Virus record (IMG/VR): IMGVR_UViG_3300002026_000004
Location: 36,237 to 100,236 of that record
Source: a virus
Length of the DNA stretch: 64,000 bases
Reading direction: 5' to 3' (one strand)
The position numbers and the translations under genes were made by a program. Of the stretch, positions 19,141 to 29,142 are shown piece after piece. Under the pieces are notes generated by a model. That model worked only from the letters and a program-made list of their open reading frames with translations. It did not search any database and was not told the origin of the DNA. Numbering within the stretch: the stretch's first letter is position 1; each line of letters begins with the position of its first letter.

Positions 19141-20337
19141 TTAAATAATAAACTTTTGAATATAAATTTGCGATACACCTTTTAAGTATACTGCTCGTTT
19201 TTCATCAATATATACTTCAATATCTGAATCAGGAGATTCCTTAGCTAAGAAATCTTTTATTGAATCATAGATGATTAATGCTGTTTCATCATTAGTAAAT
19301 GTATTAGAAACTTGAATAGTCTTTTCTATTGAACAAGCTCCAAAACCTGAAACTCCTGAATCTCTTAAAAAGAACTTAAAGTCTTGAGTTCCTTTAACAA
19401 TCTCAATTCCTAATACCTTGAACTCAGATGACGATGTATAATATCCTGAAAAGAACTTAATTGCATCTAAAAGAACTGAAGCTTTTATTGTAGCAATTCT
19501 TACATCAGGTTTAATAGTTAGTAAATCTTCTTGAGAAGGTGGAACAGCATTACTCATAGCGTTTGAGAATAGTCCAATAAACCCTTGAGCAATAATAATC
19601 ATTTTATCTTTTTCTTTATTGATTCTCATTTCATAAGGTTTCTCTGTATCCAAAGATTCATAATATAATTTTAGATTCTTTTTATGAATAGGAATAAAGG
19701 AAGTTAAATCTGTAGCAAAATTAGCTGATTGAATAAAGACATGACGAACATCATTAACAATAAGCATATTTGAATATAGTGAAGCGGCATTGTTTTTATT
19801 CTCATCCTTTCCAAAGAAAGAAGATGATTTTTCAATAGCGGAATATAAGCATTGGCATTGTTCTTTATTTGTAGTTGAAGAAAATGAATGATAATCTTTC
19901 CAATCAAAAACTAATAGTGCTTCCTTCTCTTCTATTCTTTTATTCTCTATCTTAAAATTAGGTAGTGATAGTCTATCCTTATTAAGACTAATAATAAACT
20001 CTGAAGTTTCTCCACTTTGAATTAAAGTAATTACTAGTTCATTTCTCTGGTCATTTGAATACTGATTTAGGGTATACATAAACTTATTAAAATCAATATA
20101 CGTTCCTACTAAGGAAGGTAATTCCTCTTCTTCTAAAGAAGCACTTAATCCTACAGGTAATGTAATTTTAACTATAGAAGTAGGGTCTTGAAGAATAATA
20201 CCAACTTCTGACTTTTCTTGAGAAAATGTAAAAATTGCATTTAATGAACCAAATGTAGAAATTGGATTTAATAGAGATAATGTCTTTTCTAAATGCATAA
20301 TAGAACTAAAGTCTATATTAGATAACTGTAACTTCAT
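19141..20337 (-). CDS. Sliding clamp (DNA Pol III beta-like)
   Basis: 398 aa with a beta-clamp-like pattern (VNDVRHV, LLDAIK); middle promoter; DnaX elsewhere in the window. Confidence 0.55.
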   Translation of the reverse strand: MKLQLSNIDFSSIMHLEKTLSLLNPISTFGSLNAIFTFSQEKSEVGIILQDPTSIVKITLPVGLSASLEEEELPSLVGTYIDFNKFMYTLNQYSNDQRNELVITLIQSGETSEFIISLNKDRLSLPNFKIENKRIEEKEALLVFDWKDYHSFSSTTNKEQCQCLYSAIEKSSSFFGKDENKNNAASLYSNMLIVNDVRHVFIQSANFATDLTSFIPIHKKNLKLYYESLDTEKPYEMRINKEKDKMIIIAQGFIGLFSNAMSNAVPPSQEDLLTIKPDVRIATIKASVLLDAIKFFSGYYTSSSEFKVLGIEIVKGTQDFKFFLRDSGVSGFGACSIEKTIQVSNTFTNDETALIIYDSIKDFLAKESPDSDIEVYIDEKRAVYLKGVSQIYIQKFII

Positions 20338-20370
20338 TTCTGTTTACTCCTATTTATTCTGTTCATTGTA

Positions 20371-20399
20371 AGTATATACCAAATATCCTATTTTGGCTA
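20371..20399 (-). promoter_or_regulatory. Middle-class promoter
   Basis: TAGCCA-N17-TATACT. Confidence 0.75.
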
Positions 20400-20409
20400 C
20401 TAAAAACTA

Positions 20410-20438
20410 TTGACAATTTGTCATAGTAGTTGTATACT
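20410..20438 (+). promoter_or_regulatory. Early sigma70-type promoter with an inverted repeat over the -35
   Basis: TTGACA-N17-TATACT; TGACA-ATT-TGTCA. Confidence 0.8.
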
Positions 20439-20455
20439 ATTGAAAGGAGCCACAA

Positions 20456-21037
20456 ATGAATAAAGCAACAGAGTTGGATTACTTCTTAGTAAAAAGAATT
20501 AAGGAAAATAACGATGATAGTAGTAAACTAAAGCTATTTTACAAGTATAAGTACCTAGTTAAAGGAATGTATAATGAAAGCCTTTATTGGCTTAAAAGCT
20601 ATATATCTGAAGAAGATTTTATTAATGAATCATATTTTGCTTTTATTAAGGCATTAGATTATTGCGATTTAACAAAAGTGTATTCACCTGAAAAATGGTT
20701 ATTTCTAGGTTGTTTTAAAGATTGGTTATCTAACACAATTAGATTAATAAATGAAAAAGAAATGAGAATTTCTTATGTAAATGAAGATATTTTTAATATA
20801 GAAAGTTTTACATCCACCGTTAATAGAGAAAATAATAAAACTCTTAATGATATTCATGTTGATAAGTTCTATCAAAGCTTAAATGATAAAGAAAAAATAA
20901 TCTTTTTTTATCGTTATAATTATGGTAAAGAGGATTATTCTATTCGTAGGCTTGCTGAAATGCTTGGATGTTCCCATCAATGGGTAAGTATTATGAATAA
21001 AAAGATTATAAAGAAATGGAAACATTATACATCGTAA
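20456..21037 (+). CDS. Sigma70-family sigma factor (candidate middle sigma)
   Basis: KLFYKYKYLV, EDFINESYFAFIKA and region-4 HTH SIRRLAEMLGCSHQWVS. Confidence 0.8.
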   Translation: MNKATELDYFLVKRIKENNDDSSKLKLFYKYKYLVKGMYNESLYWLKSYISEEDFINESYFAFIKALDYCDLTKVYSPEKWLFLGCFKDWLSNTIRLINEKEMRISYVNEDIFNIESFTSTVNRENNKTLNDIHVDKFYQSLNDKEKIIFFYRYNYGKEDYSIRRLAEMLGCSHQWVSIMNKKIIKKWKHYTS

Positions 21038-21097
21038 TAAAAGTGAGAGCCACGTTGGAGGGGAACGTGACTCTCTAAAAGGGAGGTAGGAGGACAT
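21036..21097 (-). ncRNA. Candidate late sRNA with three CCUCC motifs
   Basis: ACTAATTA upstream, 12-bp hairpin with CCCCUCC loop, U-rich tail. Confidence 0.5.
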
Positions 21098-21127
21098 AAT
21101 AATTAGTGAGATTAACTCACTATATGT

Positions 21128-21562
21128 TTATTTTACCTTAATGTTTATTGATTTTGGTTTAGCTACTTCTTTTGAAGGAATCTCAATAGAGAGCAATCCA
21201 TTCTCAATTTTAGCTTCTACCTTATCCACATCATAATGGGATATTGGTACGAAGAACTTAGCCTCTGCTTTGCACTTTTTAATTCCCTTCTGACGATACA
21301 TAACTTTTTCTGTTTCTTCTTTTGGTGTTAATTTTAATACTAAATAATCATTAGTAAAATCAACAGAAACTTCCTCATCAGAATACCCAGCAATAGCAAA
21401 CTTATAAAGTAAAGAATTATCTTCTTTCTTAATAATGTCGCAAGGAGGGAATGCTGAAGAAACGAAAATGTCTGGTAATTTGGATGGAGCAAACGTGTTG
21501 AAGTCATCGAGAAATTCATCAATCAAGTCAGAAAAGGAACCTAAGCGATAGTGGGAGTTCAT
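21128..21562 (-). CDS. Small heat-shock protein (Hsp20/IbpA-like)
   Basis: FPPCDI, FAIAGY and AKIENGLLSIEIP; start at MNSHY with SD GGAGG. Confidence 0.9.
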   Translation of the reverse strand: MNSHYRLGSFSDLIDEFLDDFNTFAPSKLPDIFVSSAFPPCDIIKKEDNSLLYKFAIAGYSDEEVSVDFTNDYLVLKLTPKEETEKVMYRQKGIKKCKAEAKFFVPISHYDVDKVEAKIENGLLSIEIPSKEVAKPKSINIKVK

Positions 21563-21659
21563 AAAGAACCTCCTTAATAATATATACTTCTCCATACAGA
21601 GCAAGTTTCGATTAATTAGATTTCTACATATATAGACAATCTATATAATTAGTAGTTTA

Positions 21660-23042
21660 TTAAACTTCATATGTTTCTAAAACTTTTATAACATGCTCTG
21701 AAGTATAATAATTTTCTTGGTCTAATCCTAACAATGCTACTATTAATAAATATAATTCATCTTGTTTAGTATCAGCACTTTCTATTAAAATAGTTACACA
21801 AGCATCCCAAATCTTATGTCTAAAATTTTTAATAAAATTATAACCATAATTGTTATTTACAAAGTCCCTAGCTATTCGTTCTGTTTCATAATCAATAGCA
21901 CTAGCTTCTGCCTCTTGTCCTGCTTGTTCTTTCTGTTCTTCTGAATATAAGTCTTCATCATGTTTCCAATATCTATTACTAGCTTTATCCTCAGTAGAAA
22001 CTGTATCAGCTAACTCAGGTTCTTCTTCAATATACGCCCAAGGCTCTGAATACCCATCGTGGTAAGCAGAAGAATAATCAGAATCCTCCTCTAGATTATC
22101 ACTTATAGCCCATTTATACGTTTCTAACGAAAATGGTGTATCTGAAGTTTCTGAATATAGATTTTCTATATCATTACAATCAATAGTATTACCAAATCTC
22201 TTTAAAAATTTAGGATTTTTTATTGCAGTAAATATACGAGTTTTAATATCTGGGTCAAATAAAATATTATGAGTATTATTATAAATAGCTAATTTAACTT
22301 CACTAGGTAAGGAGTTTTTAAACTCTTCTCTATTTCCAATCTGATTGTCTTTTGCATCCATCCATTGATAAGATTCAAAATGTAATTGAAACTTCTCATT
22401 CTTAATCTTATTAATTATTATTATTAATGGGCCTTTTTCTGAATAATACTCAAAGTAATTATTATCACGAGATGCAGTACACCAACGAGTATTAGCTCCA
22501 TATTTACATGCCGCTTTTTCCGTATTAGGAGATACAACTAACCATTCATTATCTTCAAACCATTTATCATATTCATCATTACCAATACTGTCAAATTCTA
22601 ATTGTTGTAATTTATCTGCATAACTACTAACAACTTTATATAACCCAATAGCCCCTTTAATATTCATAATATTGTAAAGTTCTTCTGACTGTAATAACTT
22701 TTTACGTTTAAGTAAATCATAGTTTTTTAAGTCAGCAGTAATTTTAGAGTAGTCTTCAGATAAGAACATATCAAAGGCTCTAAACATATTATGGAAATGC
22801 ATAGTTCCTAAAAGTTCCTTGATTCTTGATAAAGATATTGGATTAAATATTTTAACATCAGAGTTAGTATTTATTTTATTAACAAAGGGGTCTAAATACT
22901 CTTTGAAAAACCATTGAATAATCCAACGAGAATATTTTTTATCTGTAGTTGGGTCTAAACCTACTAACCAGTTAAAAAGTTCTACATCTATTTTCTCTTT
23001 ATAAAAGTCATAATTAACAGCTTCAACTAAAAGTAATTTCAT
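21660..23042 (-). CDS. 'DPT/WC' family protein
   Basis: DPTTDKKYSRW and AACKYGANTRWC; leader MKLLLVE after SD GGAG. Confidence 0.7.
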   Translation of the reverse strand: MKLLLVEAVNYDFYKEKIDVELFNWLVGLDPTTDKKYSRWIIQWFFKEYLDPFVNKINTNSDVKIFNPISLSRIKELLGTMHFHNMFRAFDMFLSEDYSKITADLKNYDLLKRKKLLQSEELYNIMNIKGAIGLYKVVSSYADKLQQLEFDSIGNDEYDKWFEDNEWLVVSPNTEKAACKYGANTRWCTASRDNNYFEYYSEKGPLIIIINKIKNEKFQLHFESYQWMDAKDNQIGNREEFKNSLPSEVKLAIYNNTHNILFDPDIKTRIFTAIKNPKFLKRFGNTIDCNDIENLYSETSDTPFSLETYKWAISDNLEEDSDYSSAYHDGYSEPWAYIEEEPELADTVSTEDKASNRYWKHDEDLYSEEQKEQAGQEAEASAIDYETERIARDFVNNNYGYNFIKNFRHKIWDACVTILIESADTKQDELYLLIVALLGLDQENYYTSEHVIKVLETYEV

Positions 23043-23077
23043 TATATCTCCACCTATAAACATTCATTAACGTAATT

Positions 23078-23087
23078 ACTAATTAGT
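23078..23087. promoter_or_regulatory. Palindromic divergent late promoter
   Basis: ACTAATTAGT between divergent late genes. Confidence 0.75.
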
Positions 23088-23109
23088 TAGTATTAAGGAG
23101 ATAGTTAGA

Positions 23110-24222
23110 ATGACCCATTTAGAATTACTATTATCTATATCTAACGCCCATAAAAGAGACACTTGGATGATTTATGGTGGTAAGGTTTATCCAGAAACTC
23201 AAACTCAATTTGCTAAAGATGATATATTTCAATTAGACGCATTAGGAACAATCTGGAATAATGCTATTTTTTATTGTAAAGAAGAGGTTTTCTTAGATGC
23301 TACTTTTGATTGGGCTAACTACACATTCAATGATGTTAGTAAAGGTAGAATTATGGATAATCTTAATATTATTCATCCTAACTTCCATTGTATTATGACT
23401 GAAGCTCAATTAACTGCAATAGTAGAACCTGTTGATTATACCTTCGTTGCTTTTAAGTCTATTGACCCTGTAGATATTTCTGATATAGAATTAAATACAA
23501 TTCTATTAGAAGTAGGTGTTCCTTTCGTTACTATGGAAGAATTAGAATTTACTCGTGAGGATATTCTAAACTTAATGATAAAGCCAGCTATGGATGAATA
23601 CTATAAATGGTTCCCTATTAGAACCGTAGAGCAATTCCCTGTCCCTACTGCTCTTATTGATATTCCTATTCCTCCGTATGTTAAAACAGTAATTAGAGCT
23701 TATATTAGTCCTGGGTATCCTGTTACAGGTGTTCACCAAAACCCCATTACTAGATATTTTGATGAAGTAGTACTAGCGGCTTCTTCTCGTGGAGCTTTTG
23801 CAAACCCTGCTATTAATTATAGAAATAGACAACCATATACTGATGTTCAGGCTTATTCTACATTCCTATTAGAAAAGGCTGTAAGACAAGGTGCTGTGAA
23901 TCATGGAACTAGAAAGCGTATTAGAGTTGAAATGGTTAATAAAAGAATAAGAGGATATTCTAATATCCAAGGTATCCTAGAGGTAGAATGGGGAACAGCT
24001 TCTTACAACTGGGAAGATATACCTTATAATAGGTTAACTGAAGTTCGTAGGCTTGCTCAAGCAAAAGTATTAAGAGCATTAGGTTCATTACGTTCTCAGG
24101 CCAATGATGTATTACCAGGAAATGTTAATTATGAAAACTTCATAACTCGTGCTGAGGAATTAGAAGATAAAATAGTAACACTTTGGGAAGATTGCACAAA
24201 AGTCGTGGTTGTACGAGGATAA
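23110..24222 (+). CDS. Neck/head-completion protein (T4 gp13-like)
   Basis: ILLEVGVPFVTMEEL, RALGSLR and NYENFITRAEE; late motif upstream. Confidence 0.6.
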   Translation: MTHLELLLSISNAHKRDTWMIYGGKVYPETQTQFAKDDIFQLDALGTIWNNAIFYCKEEVFLDATFDWANYTFNDVSKGRIMDNLNIIHPNFHCIMTEAQLTAIVEPVDYTFVAFKSIDPVDISDIELNTILLEVGVPFVTMEELEFTREDILNLMIKPAMDEYYKWFPIRTVEQFPVPTALIDIPIPPYVKTVIRAYISPGYPVTGVHQNPITRYFDEVVLAASSRGAFANPAINYRNRQPYTDVQAYSTFLLEKAVRQGAVNHGTRKRIRVEMVNKRIRGYSNIQGILEVEWGTASYNWEDIPYNRLTEVRRLAQAKVLRALGSLRSQANDVLPGNVNYENFITRAEELEDKIVTLWEDCTKVVVVRG

Positions 24223-24248
24223 CTCCTTACATTACATAAACTTAAATA

Positions 24249-24280
24249 AAAGGGTTGGATTAATAGTTCCAACCCTTTCT
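24249..24280 (+). terminator. Intrinsic terminator
   Basis: AAAGGGTTGGA-loop-TCCAACCCTTT. Confidence 0.85.
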
Positions 24281-24497
24281 TTATCAATACTACATAGGAT
24301 TTTTACTATATATGACTCGTCCAGATATACAGTTTTTACATATATGTATATTCAAATTTTAACTATAGTAATACTAATATATGAATACTAATATTAATTA
24401 ATTAGAGATTAGCATCTCCAATAAAAATAACTCAGTTTAATGAAGAATATTAGGAATTTACGGAAGTAAATTCATTAACAATTTATGTCGATTTTGG

Positions 24498-24526
24498 TAG
24501 CCATTTTGGGTAGTTAGGTATATACT
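24498..24526 (+). promoter_or_regulatory. Middle-class promoter
   Basis: TAGCCA-N17-TATACT. Confidence 0.75.
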
Positions 24527-24544
24527 TCCTATGTAGGAGACAAA

Positions 24545-26638
24545 ATGGTAATAACTGAATTGAAACTAAAGAACTTTATGAATATTGCTGATGCTCATCT
24601 CCACTTCAATGAAGGTATCAATGTTCTAGGTGGGGATAATGGTCAAGGAAAATCAGCGGTTCTTGCCGCCGCCGCCTTCTGCTTAACAGAATCAAAGCGG
24701 GGGGATTCTTGGAAAGACTTTATTAAAACGGGTACAGAGGGAATGACCATTGATATGACTTTATATAAGTTCATAGGTGATGCTCCTATGTATTTTCATT
24801 ATGAAGGATTGTCATCCTCAGCTTCCATGACAAAAGAATTAAAATATAAAAGTGAAACTTACTTAAATGCTAAGTGTTCAGAGTTTATAGAGAAATACTT
24901 TGATATGGACATGATGGAAAATGTTATCTTCCATTTACAAGATGCTGTTAATATTGCTTCTATAGCCCCTTTCAAGCGTAGGGAATTATTAAAGAAAATA
25001 TTTAAGTCAGAGTTTACAGAGATAACTAATAAGGTTAAGTTAGATATACAAACACTTAAAGATGTAGTTATAGCTAAAGAGAGTCAGATATCTTTATTAA
25101 AAAATAAAGAGTATAAAATTGTTGAACTAATTCCGATTAGTACTGATGACAAAACTACATTAGAATTAAATAAGATAATTATTGAGAATAGACTTAGTGA
25201 AATATCCTCAATGAAAGAGGCTATTACCTCTAAGAAACAGTTATTATCTCAAGCTACACAAATATACAATTCTTTAGTTCCAATGAAGAAATCTTTAGAG
25301 TCACAGATAACTTCTAATAGCGATTCTATAAGGAATTCTGAATCACTGTTAGCTTCTGAAGAGGAAAAGCTGTCTAACATCATATCCTCTTCAATGTCCT
25401 CTAATATTGATTTAGAAAAGATGAAAAAAGCTTATGATGACTCTTTATTAGAATCAACTAAACTTGATGAAGCTTATGGTGTTAGTGTTGATGAAAAGAG
25501 TAAGACTAATAAATTAGCAATAGAATTAGGTTCTGAAAGAGCTTCTTTATTTACACAACTAGGAGTCTTTGATACACAACCAACATGTCCTACTTGTGGG
25601 CAATCTTGTGATAAAGCTCATAAAGAATCTTTAGTTAAGAATCTTAATACTGTTACTAATAGTTACAACTTAGCTGTTCAGGCTTTCAAGGAAGCAGAGG
25701 CTAATGAATTAACTAAAAAGAGTGAACTATTAACTTCTAAAAATAATAATACCACATTACTATTAGCAGTAAAAACTATTGAGAGTAAAATAAGTAACAC
25801 TGCTGTTCAAAAAAAGAACTTAGAGGAAAAGATAGTAGGATTAAAAGCATTAATAGAATCTTATTCATCAACACTCACAAAGACTAAGGAGCAATTAGAA
25901 AATGTCAACAATGATATTTCTATTAATAATTCTATTATTAATTCTGTTGGTACAATCACGACCGAAGTGTCAGAAGCAGAAGTCACAATTAAGTCAAAAG
26001 AGACTGAAATTGAAACGCTTAATAAGTTTATCAAAACGTATGAAACGAATGTCTTGGTTAATACAGAACGTGAACGGTCCAACAAGGTTATTGAACAACA
26101 ACAGAAAGACGATAAGAAAATAGTTGATACATTAACTTCAGAATTAATTTTGAATCAGAATGAAATCTCTGACCTTGATTATGTTAAAGGATTCTATGAT
26201 ACAGAATTACCTAATCATATTATGACCAAAGCTTGTATGTTATTAGAAAATGAAATGAATAATTTTATGAATAAAACTAAATCAGGCTTTATTTGTAAGC
26301 TTGTTCAGAATTCTAAAGGGGTTGATTTCTTCTATAAGGCTCGTAATGAACCTGAGTGGTTGAAAGCTAAGATGGCTTCTGGTTTTGAAGCATTACTATT
26401 AACGGTAGCTTTTAAAGTTTCAGTAGCTCAGGCATATTCAACAAAGTTTATTGTTTGGGATGAAGTTGATAAAACAGCAACAGAAAATAATTCATTAAAG
26501 ATGTTTGAGAACATTAATTCGATTGAAGGATTTGACCAGATGATGTTAATTACTCATAGACCTAAATCCTTAAATTACTTAAAAGAAATGGGAGCTACAA
26601 TTTATATGGCAAAGAATGGAGAATTTGAACAATACTAA
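24545..26638 (+). CDS. SbcC/Rad50 (gp46-like) SMC ATPase
   Basis: GDNGQGKS, coiled coil with CPTCG hook, ASGFE, WDEVD and ITH. Confidence 0.9.
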   Translation: MVITELKLKNFMNIADAHLHFNEGINVLGGDNGQGKSAVLAAAAFCLTESKRGDSWKDFIKTGTEGMTIDMTLYKFIGDAPMYFHYEGLSSSASMTKELKYKSETYLNAKCSEFIEKYFDMDMMENVIFHLQDAVNIASIAPFKRRELLKKIFKSEFTEITNKVKLDIQTLKDVVIAKESQISLLKNKEYKIVELIPISTDDKTTLELNKIIIENRLSEISSMKEAITSKKQLLSQATQIYNSLVPMKKSLESQITSNSDSIRNSESLLASEEEKLSNIISSSMSSNIDLEKMKKAYDDSLLESTKLDEAYGVSVDEKSKTNKLAIELGSERASLFTQLGVFDTQPTCPTCGQSCDKAHKESLVKNLNTVTNSYNLAVQAFKEAEANELTKKSELLTSKNNNTTLLLAVKTIESKISNTAVQKKNLEEKIVGLKALIESYSSTLTKTKEQLENVNNDISINNSIINSVGTITTEVSEAEVTIKSKETEIETLNKFIKTYETNVLVNTERERSNKVIEQQQKDDKKIVDTLTSELILNQNEISDLDYVKGFYDTELPNHIMTKACMLLENEMNNFMNKTKSGFICKLVQNSKGVDFFYKARNEPEWLKAKMASGFEALLLTVAFKVSVAQAYSTKFIVWDEVDKTATENNSLKMFENINSIEGFDQMMLITHRPKSLNYLKEMGATIYMAKNGEFEQY

Positions 26639-26665
26639 TAATTACTAATTATTAATCCACTAGAG

Positions 26666-26694
26666 TGGCCAAAACGAAAGATTCACTATATACT
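26666..26694 (+). promoter_or_regulatory. Middle-class promoter (late motif just upstream at 26644)
   Basis: TGGCCA-N17-TATACT. Confidence 0.7.
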
Positions 26695-26764
26695 ATATGT
26701 AGTGATGAATGCCTTATTAGGCAAAATATTTTAATAGCTACTAAAGTAGCAAAAGGAGTTACAT

Positions 26765-28060
26765 ATGGGTGTAACAGATGATGAGTTTAAGATGTTTGCA
26801 ACACAAGTTGAACAGGAGGAGCTTGCTCGTTCTCAAAAAAAATCCACTGGTGGTTTTGAGTATGAACAAGTTAAATGGACAGGATTACCTGAACGTGGAT
26901 ATAAGATTATCCGTGCATTAGGAGCGGCCCCTAATTCAAATGCATCTCCAACTACCTCAAGAACAGTTAGATTTGCTGTAATTAAAGCTGACGATGGAAA
27001 GGATATTCGTGTTTCTTTACCTACTGGTCCTGAAAAAGATGACCATATCCTTTGGCGTATTATTAATAATATTGAAGAAGTTGCTTGGGTTCCTGGTGAA
27101 GATAAAAAGAATATTAAGGTATATACTAATAAACTTCGTCATCCTGATATCTTTAATATGGTTACTAAAAACTCCCATCCAGAAGGCTCTGACCGTAATA
27201 AGTTTGATAGAGGTTGGGCTGGTAGAGATATGTTTATTATGAATTGCATTGATAGAAATCCTACAATGTATGCATGGAGTCGTGCTAATAAACATACAGT
27301 ATTGCTTTCTAAGCATATTAATATTGGAAAGAATGCTGAGGGAAAGCCAGTAGAGTACCCTGAGACAGGAATTCCTGCTTTTGGTTTTACTAATATCCTT
27401 GCTCTAAACATTTTCAAACACTATGGTGATTGGAATAATTTTGACTTGGCTATAGAACGAACTGGAATTATGCAGAGTCCTAATAGGATTATTCATGCTT
27501 CTAAATATAAGGAAGAAATTCCTACAGCACTCCATCCTGAGATTGTTGATGGACCATTAACTGAAGAAGAATTATCTTGGGAACAATATGATTTATCTAA
27601 GTTATTTAAGGTTGTTAGTTATACTAAACTGTATAACCGCTTAAACAAATCAATTGCTAAAATTGACCTATCATTAGGTACTCACTATGTTGATGAATTA
27701 AAGTCATTAGCAGAAATTGAAAAGAAACAACGTGAGGATGCTAAAGCTGAAGAAGAAGATAGTGAAGAATCTGAAGCTAATGCTGTTGCTAAAGATTTAG
27801 GTTCTGCTCCTGCTTCCGTTGCTATTGAAACTCCTAAAGCTTCCCGAACTGTAGCTTCTAATACTACTTCAGAAGTACCAAAGGGATATGAGTTCCTTAA
27901 TGAAACTGAGAAGAGTTTAATTATTAGTATGAAACGTGTTGATGATAAGAAGTGGGATATTACTTATAATACTACAGAAGAATTAGCTTCATGTAATGTT
28001 TGTAAAACTCCTTCTCCTAGTAGCTTTGCTATTTGCCCTGGATGTGGCTCAACCTTTTAG
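26765..28060 (+). CDS. Putative gp32-like ssDNA-binding protein with C-terminal Zn ribbon
   Basis: First gene of the replication operon; IIRALG, FIMNCIDR, DLAIERTG, acidic linker, CNVC...CPGC. Confidence 0.5.
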   Translation: MGVTDDEFKMFATQVEQEELARSQKKSTGGFEYEQVKWTGLPERGYKIIRALGAAPNSNASPTTSRTVRFAVIKADDGKDIRVSLPTGPEKDDHILWRIINNIEEVAWVPGEDKKNIKVYTNKLRHPDIFNMVTKNSHPEGSDRNKFDRGWAGRDMFIMNCIDRNPTMYAWSRANKHTVLLSKHINIGKNAEGKPVEYPETGIPAFGFTNILALNIFKHYGDWNNFDLAIERTGIMQSPNRIIHASKYKEEIPTALHPEIVDGPLTEEELSWEQYDLSKLFKVVSYTKLYNRLNKSIAKIDLSLGTHYVDELKSLAEIEKKQREDAKAEEEDSEESEANAVAKDLGSAPASVAIETPKASRTVASNTTSEVPKGYEFLNETEKSLIISMKRVDDKKWDITYNTTEELASCNVCKTPSPSSFAICPGCGSTF

Positions 28061-28084
28061 TTGAAACACTTTTAAGTTAGAATT

Positions 28085-28120
28085 AAGAAGGCAGTTTTGT
28101 AAAAAGACTGCCTTCTTCTA
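28085..28120 (+). terminator. Intrinsic terminator
   Basis: AGAAGGCAGT-loop-ACTGCCTTCT. Confidence 0.75.
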
Positions 28121-28133
28121 TTTAGGAGGAATT

Positions 28134-28376
28134 ATGTATAAGTTAAAGTTTAAGACAAGAACAAAAGATGGTTTATATATTACTGTTAAGAAACAAATAT
28201 CTAATTGGAGTTATATTGTTGAAGTAAAGAAGTTAGACCAGAAAGGTAGGATAATTCAAAAGGCAGTAAAAGTTGTTGAAAAGGTAGATTTAGATTCTGG
28301 TGATATTGATATATTTATTGATTCTAATAAGGAGAAGAAACCCTTTAATTCAAGGAGTAAAAAGAATGATAAATAA
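28134..28376 (+). CDS. Small basic hypothetical protein
   Basis: SD AGGAGG. Confidence 0.6.
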   Translation: MYKLKFKTRTKDGLYITVKKQISNWSYIVEVKKLDQKGRIIQKAVKVVEKVDLDSGDIDIFIDSNKEKKPFNSRSKKNDK

Positions 28377-29142
28377 GTTTATTCCTTGTAGAAAATGCTT
28401 AAATAAAAGTAAAATAAGTGGATATATAAATACTACTCTCAATAATGGACAACTAGCAATTATTGAATGTGATTGCCATAAGGAATGGAGAGAAAAAAAA
28501 GAGTTGACAGGAAGCGCGAAGTATGCTAATATATGGCATGATGAAGTGGCCCTAGCATATTCACCTGATATTAATTATATTGGAGACTTATCTAGGAACA
28601 ATAAGAATAAATTAGTTTTCTATGTAAATAATTTTGATAATGAAAAAGTTAAATCAACTTCATTATATTTATATGGTCCTAATAGCACTCAGAAAACACA
28701 TTTAGCTCATTGGGTTGGATTACAGTTATTAAGAAAGAATTATACAGTAAAATATTTAACTATGCAACAATTTGTTAAATTAATTTCTGATTTTGCTGAA
28801 CGTGAGGAGAAAGATGAAGAAGTAGAAATACTTAAAAACATTGATATGCTTATTTTAGATGAATCCTTTTCTAAACAGAAAGTAACTTTATATAAATCAG
28901 GATTCCAATTACCCTTCATTGAAGACTTCCTAAAGGAGCGAATAGAGTTTAATCATAAAGCAACTATATTTATTTCTAATATCTCTGTTGATGAAATATC
29001 CTCTCATGGGTTTAGTGAGAGCATACAACAAATGATAAAAAGGAATACTACTGAAGTAGGAACAGATTTAGAGTTTAAGGATAATTATTACGCTAATATA
29101 AACAAAACTAATATTGACTCAATTTTCAAGGATGTTACATGA
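28366..29142 (+). CDS. DnaC/IstB-like helicase loader ATPase
   Basis: CxxC...CxC Zn site, YLYGPNSTQKT, LILDE and TIFISN. Confidence 0.8.
   Translation: MINKFIPCRKCLNKSKISGYINTTLNNGQLAIIECDCHKEWREKKELTGSAKYANIWHDEVALAYSPDINYIGDLSRNNKNKLVFYVNNFDNEKVKSTSLYLYGPNSTQKTHLAHWVGLQLLRKNYTVKYLTMQQFVKLISDFAEREEKDEEVEILKNIDMLILDESFSKQKVTLYKSGFQLPFIEDFLKERIEFNHKATIFISNISVDEISSHGFSESIQQMIKRNTTEVGTDLEFKDNYYANINKTNIDSIFKDVT

Noticed and set aside
20879-21097. 72-aa minus-strand ORF
   Set aside because: Antisense to the sigma gene and runs through a terminator-like hairpin; better explained as an sRNA, although a leaderless peptide is not excluded.
24209-24391. 60-aa ORF
   Set aside because: Spans a terminator and has no convincing RBS.
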